Assembly: GCA_965233585.1 (NCBI GenBank)
Contig: CBDDTI010000233.1
Span: forward strand, 1-24,355
Reading direction: 5' to 3'
DNA from: a bacterium
Lineage (GTDB): Bacteria; SAR324; NAC60-12
DNA: 24,355 bases
Shown here: positions 21,347 to 24,355 of the stretch, one piece after another
Layout: every line of letters begins with the position of its first letter
Position numbering within the stretch: the stretch's first letter is position 1
Notes under the pieces: model-generated
What the model was told of the DNA's origin: nothing
Database searches by the model: none
What the model saw: only the letters and a program-made list of their open reading frames with translations
Position numbers and translations under genes: made by a program

Positions 21347-21947
21347 TCGCGTGAACACGCGCGTGATTTACGCACTTCCGGTCACTTTCACTCTTCATCC
21401 CACAAAACTCCGCCACTCGGACCATTTCGGTACTAAGTTCAATCATTCTGCCCCTACAAACGTTCTTTTCTCGAGTTTTACTGATTAGGCAACGGCCTCT
21501 CTGATCCGAAAATCTGCCCCCAGAGAGACCAACGACAACTATCGCGATAAAAACACAAGTCTTTATGTTTCGCTACGAACTCGAAAATTCGACAAGAAAA
21601 TTCATTATTGTTGCAGAGACAGTTTCTTTGTTGAAAAAGATGTATAAAAGAGACGCCCCTTTTAGAGCTGTGTTTAAGGTAAAAACCTTAGCTGTTTTGT
21701 TTTCGCCTTATCCTCGCGAAATAAAACACATACCGCGAAATTTTAATCTGCCGCCATTTTGGCGCTTGCTTGTTTCTATAGAATTGGTGCAATCCATTCC
21801 CACGCGCGCGCGCTTGGCTTAAGCATGCGCACTCATTTGACCGCTGTGGGCCTCTGGCCAAGCCTCTGGCCCCCTCCAGTGAGATTCCGGCTCTGATTGG
21901 CTTTGTAAACACCATAGAATGAGACCGGAAGAGAAATGTGATTCAAT

Positions 21948-24042
21948 ATGGCGGGTACTCCACCAAGCAAAATGCGAGGGTAGGAACGGATGTTTGTCGG
22001 ACGTGTAATTCTAATATCATTCCTAAAAACCATCCGTTAGATTTGTTTGGCCCTAAAGCAATGGAAGAAAGAATTTCAGGTTTTTTAGAAGAGGTTTGTG
22101 GCGTTAAGTTCAGTTTCGACGATGGACTACTGTCTCGTGTGTGTAGGATTTGTTACGGAGAAATTAAGAAGTTTCAGGAGTTTTTAAGGTAGTGCTGCAT
22201 TCAAAAACGCAGCAAGAGTCGATCATTCGCTCGAAAAGAGGCAAACGGGTAGAAGAAAGTCCGACCTCCTCTACTTCACCAGCGACAAGAAGGGAGAGAA
22301 AGAAGACCAGATCAAGTGAAACCGACAATCGCCAAGCCAGAGTGTCCCTGTTCACTTCATTTACACCTACAGCCAGCACTCAGATTGCGTGACGAGCCCA
22401 AAGAATGTCTGCGTAGGAGGCTAGCACTCCAGAGGCACCTACAATGCGCAGAATTTTGCCTAAACCAACGGAGCAGGAGCCCGAATCTTCAAAAGCGGTT
22501 ACTGGAAAGGAAAGGAAGCTACCAGCTGGGATTGATCCGGATCCCCAAAAGGAAAAATCGAAAAGTGCAGAAATACTGGCTAACTCTGGGCGTCGAAATC
22601 CAGTACTGGTAAAGGTGAAGTTAATCTTAAGTCTTAGCAGGTCTAAAATTTATACCTTAATTCAAGCTTATTGTCTCAGTTTGGGTCCTTCTGTATATTT
22701 GACAGTACTTAAGTTAAAGGTAATTTATTTCAAGACTTTTTTTACAGATGTAAGTCCGGGTACATTGTTGAGTTATTTTACAAGGATAGCAAGTACATGT
22801 TGCTTTGAATGTAGCATGCTATAATATGCTGTTGTGTTATTTTACAACCTTGATAGGTTATGTTGTGTTATTTTACAACCTCATGAGAAATAAATATGTT
22901 GTGTTATTTTGCAAGGATTATGAGTAATAGCTAATGACATTGATGCTTGGTTCATTGCGTTGATTGAAAAGGAAAAGTAAGTATGCAATCAGAGGCTTTA
23001 TTTTGGTAGTAAATGTACATGCTCAGTCATACATCTGATACTTAATAAATTTTTAACACAGAAAATTAAATAACCTACTAAATTTAAGATAATTCTTGTC
23101 CCCACAGTCCACCCTCCTTTTGGGCTGAAAAGCACAGGTTTCCAATTCATTTAATGATGATTAAAATTTTATTTTGTTAATGCTTATCGTATCAGTTTTT
23201 TTTATTTTCTTTCACTGGACAATGTTGTTTGTTGAGCAAAAAAACATACAAAAACAGTTTAGTTAACTCTTTTACATTCTATTTTTCTAATTTTAAAGAT
23301 GAAGCAGGAGAGATCGGTTTTAGAGAAAAAGTGTCTTAATACTGTCGACCAACTGACAAGAATGCTTGTTACTGGGGCAACACCACAACAGATTGGCGAA
23401 ATCATAGTGCAGAATGAAGATCTGAGAACTGCAGTCAAAGCAGTGTATCTCAAGGATTTGGATGCAGTGCAGAAAGTTATGCAATAAAAGTGACACGAGC
23501 TCTTCTGTTTTGAGGGTTCCAAGTTGCAAGCACAAGGTAGTTTACCATAAATACATTATGTTACTAGTCCATAACAATTGGGGAAAATGCTGTAGCCCAC
23601 AGGATATCTTGATTTGTAGGCCACGTTAAGTGCATATTTCCTCAAATGAAATGTAAGATGGAAGTGTATTACTTGTATCATTCCCGTATGAGTATCTATT
23701 ATTTCATTCTATAATAACATGCTGACAACATATTCTTGATCTAGAGCTCAAGGTTGGATAACATAATAGTTATTGAAATTGATTTTTCCCCACATCTGAC
23801 ACATTTAGAGCTTAGAAAAGTTTACGTGGGAGAGCATAATGATGGAAATGAAACAGCATGTCCCAGATGTTTTGGATGTTCTTGTATCCATTTCATCACC
23901 AGTAATCAAAGGGGATGGTGAGAAGCAAATTCCACCCTTATGCACATCTTATGGAATACTGATGAACTCCAGATGGAAAGAACTCAGCCTTATTCAGAAG
24001 GTGAATGGTATCATTCTTGGTGTTGGCGGTGCCACTGAGAAG
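21948..24042 (+). pseudogene. 5' part of a spliced, degenerate gene with N-terminal C4 (zf-AD-like) zinc finger; probably transposon-encoded; continues beyond the window
   Basis: aatATGGCG at 21948. CRTC...RVCRIC, then a low-complexity S/T/K/E linker to a donor near 22609. Exon 23299-23536 (aaAG|ATG...CAAG|GTAG). Exon 23809-24042 (ttAG|SLEKFTWESIMMEMKQHVP...GILMNSRWKELSLIQK...GATEK|GTAC). Several frameshifts and stops. Confidence 0.65.
22830..22914 (+). repeat. Three short interspersed direct repeats in an intron
   Basis: tgttgtgttatttt(a/g)caa at 22830, 22861 and 22897. Confidence 0.8.
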
Positions 24043-24355
24043 GTACTTTATTGTCAGTGAGTGTTCACTAGCAAAGTCTATAAATTACAACTGGACAGGC
24101 TCTTAGTTACGTGGGTATCCAGGTGTCCTCTGGACACCTATTATAACTGCGGACAAACGTTCTCAACTCGACGGATACATTTACATTGATGTACACTTTA
24201 ATCCGTAGGTTGAAACTAAAAGATAAACGAACTAAAAGTTACAACATGAATAAAAAAAAAAGAATTGTACCAGCTGCCAACGAAATACAGCTAATAAGAA
24301 ACGACGGTAAAGATATACTTACATTGTAACGGCCACGAAAAACTACATTAAACAA

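Larger units (their letters stand above)
1598..21778 (+). mobile_element. Large decayed Kolobok-type DNA transposon hosting the nested insertions; right terminus not found, end coordinate approximate
   Basis: Starts TTAA|GGTGGCTC, the same first 8 nt as the upstream element, and is followed by a spliced DDE transposase gene. The left subterminal motif aaagacttgtgt (~1711) recurs inverted near 21553. No matching GAGCCACC|TTAA end occurs in the window. Confidence 0.65.

Noticed and set aside
21065..21488. C-terminal ~140 aa of the 343-aa ORF
   Set aside because: Frameshift read-through into 3' repeats; the alternative frame (PRVTKTKRIL...TGA 21172) is the more plausible end.
22830..22914. Repeat-spacer-repeat pattern resembling a mini CRISPR
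   Set aside because: Only three 18-21 bp units with 10-15 nt gaps, in an AT-rich eukaryotic intron, and no cas genes.
24121..24139. Hairpin aggtgtcc-tct-ggacacct, possibly the start of another repeat
   Set aside because: An 8-bp stem alone is weak evidence, and no second terminus or TSD is visible before the window ends.

Overview
Eukaryotic, animal-type DNA with GT-AG introns. The repeat content resembles a marine invertebrate such as a coral (inference). Almost the whole window is nested transposable elements, and most junctions can be read to the base. (1) A TTAA-flanked non-autonomous Kolobok-type element (779-1593) shares its TTAA with a large decayed Kolobok-type transposon starting at 1598. 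That transposon carries a three-exon pseudogene (about 1933-21172) for a DDE transposase fused to a DEDDh exonuclease. (2) Intron 1 of this gene holds a complete BEL/Pao LTR retrotransposon (2262-17050, minus strand, TSD CACAT). (3) The BEL gag is interrupted by a TA-flanked MITE (15250-16056) and by a ~1.18 kb near-perfect foldback palindrome (9128-15029, 8-bp TSD ATCGGTAC). (4) A young Ty1/Copia element (10302-15021, TSD TACCT) sits 3 bp inside the right tip of that palindrome. (5) Intron 2 holds another TTAA MITE (17796-18443). (6) From about 21779 a second decayed spliced gene with an N-terminal C4 zinc finger, probably from another DNA transposon, runs off the window. No intact host gene, RNA gene or CRISPR array is supported. 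Family names come from motif recognition, not database searches.
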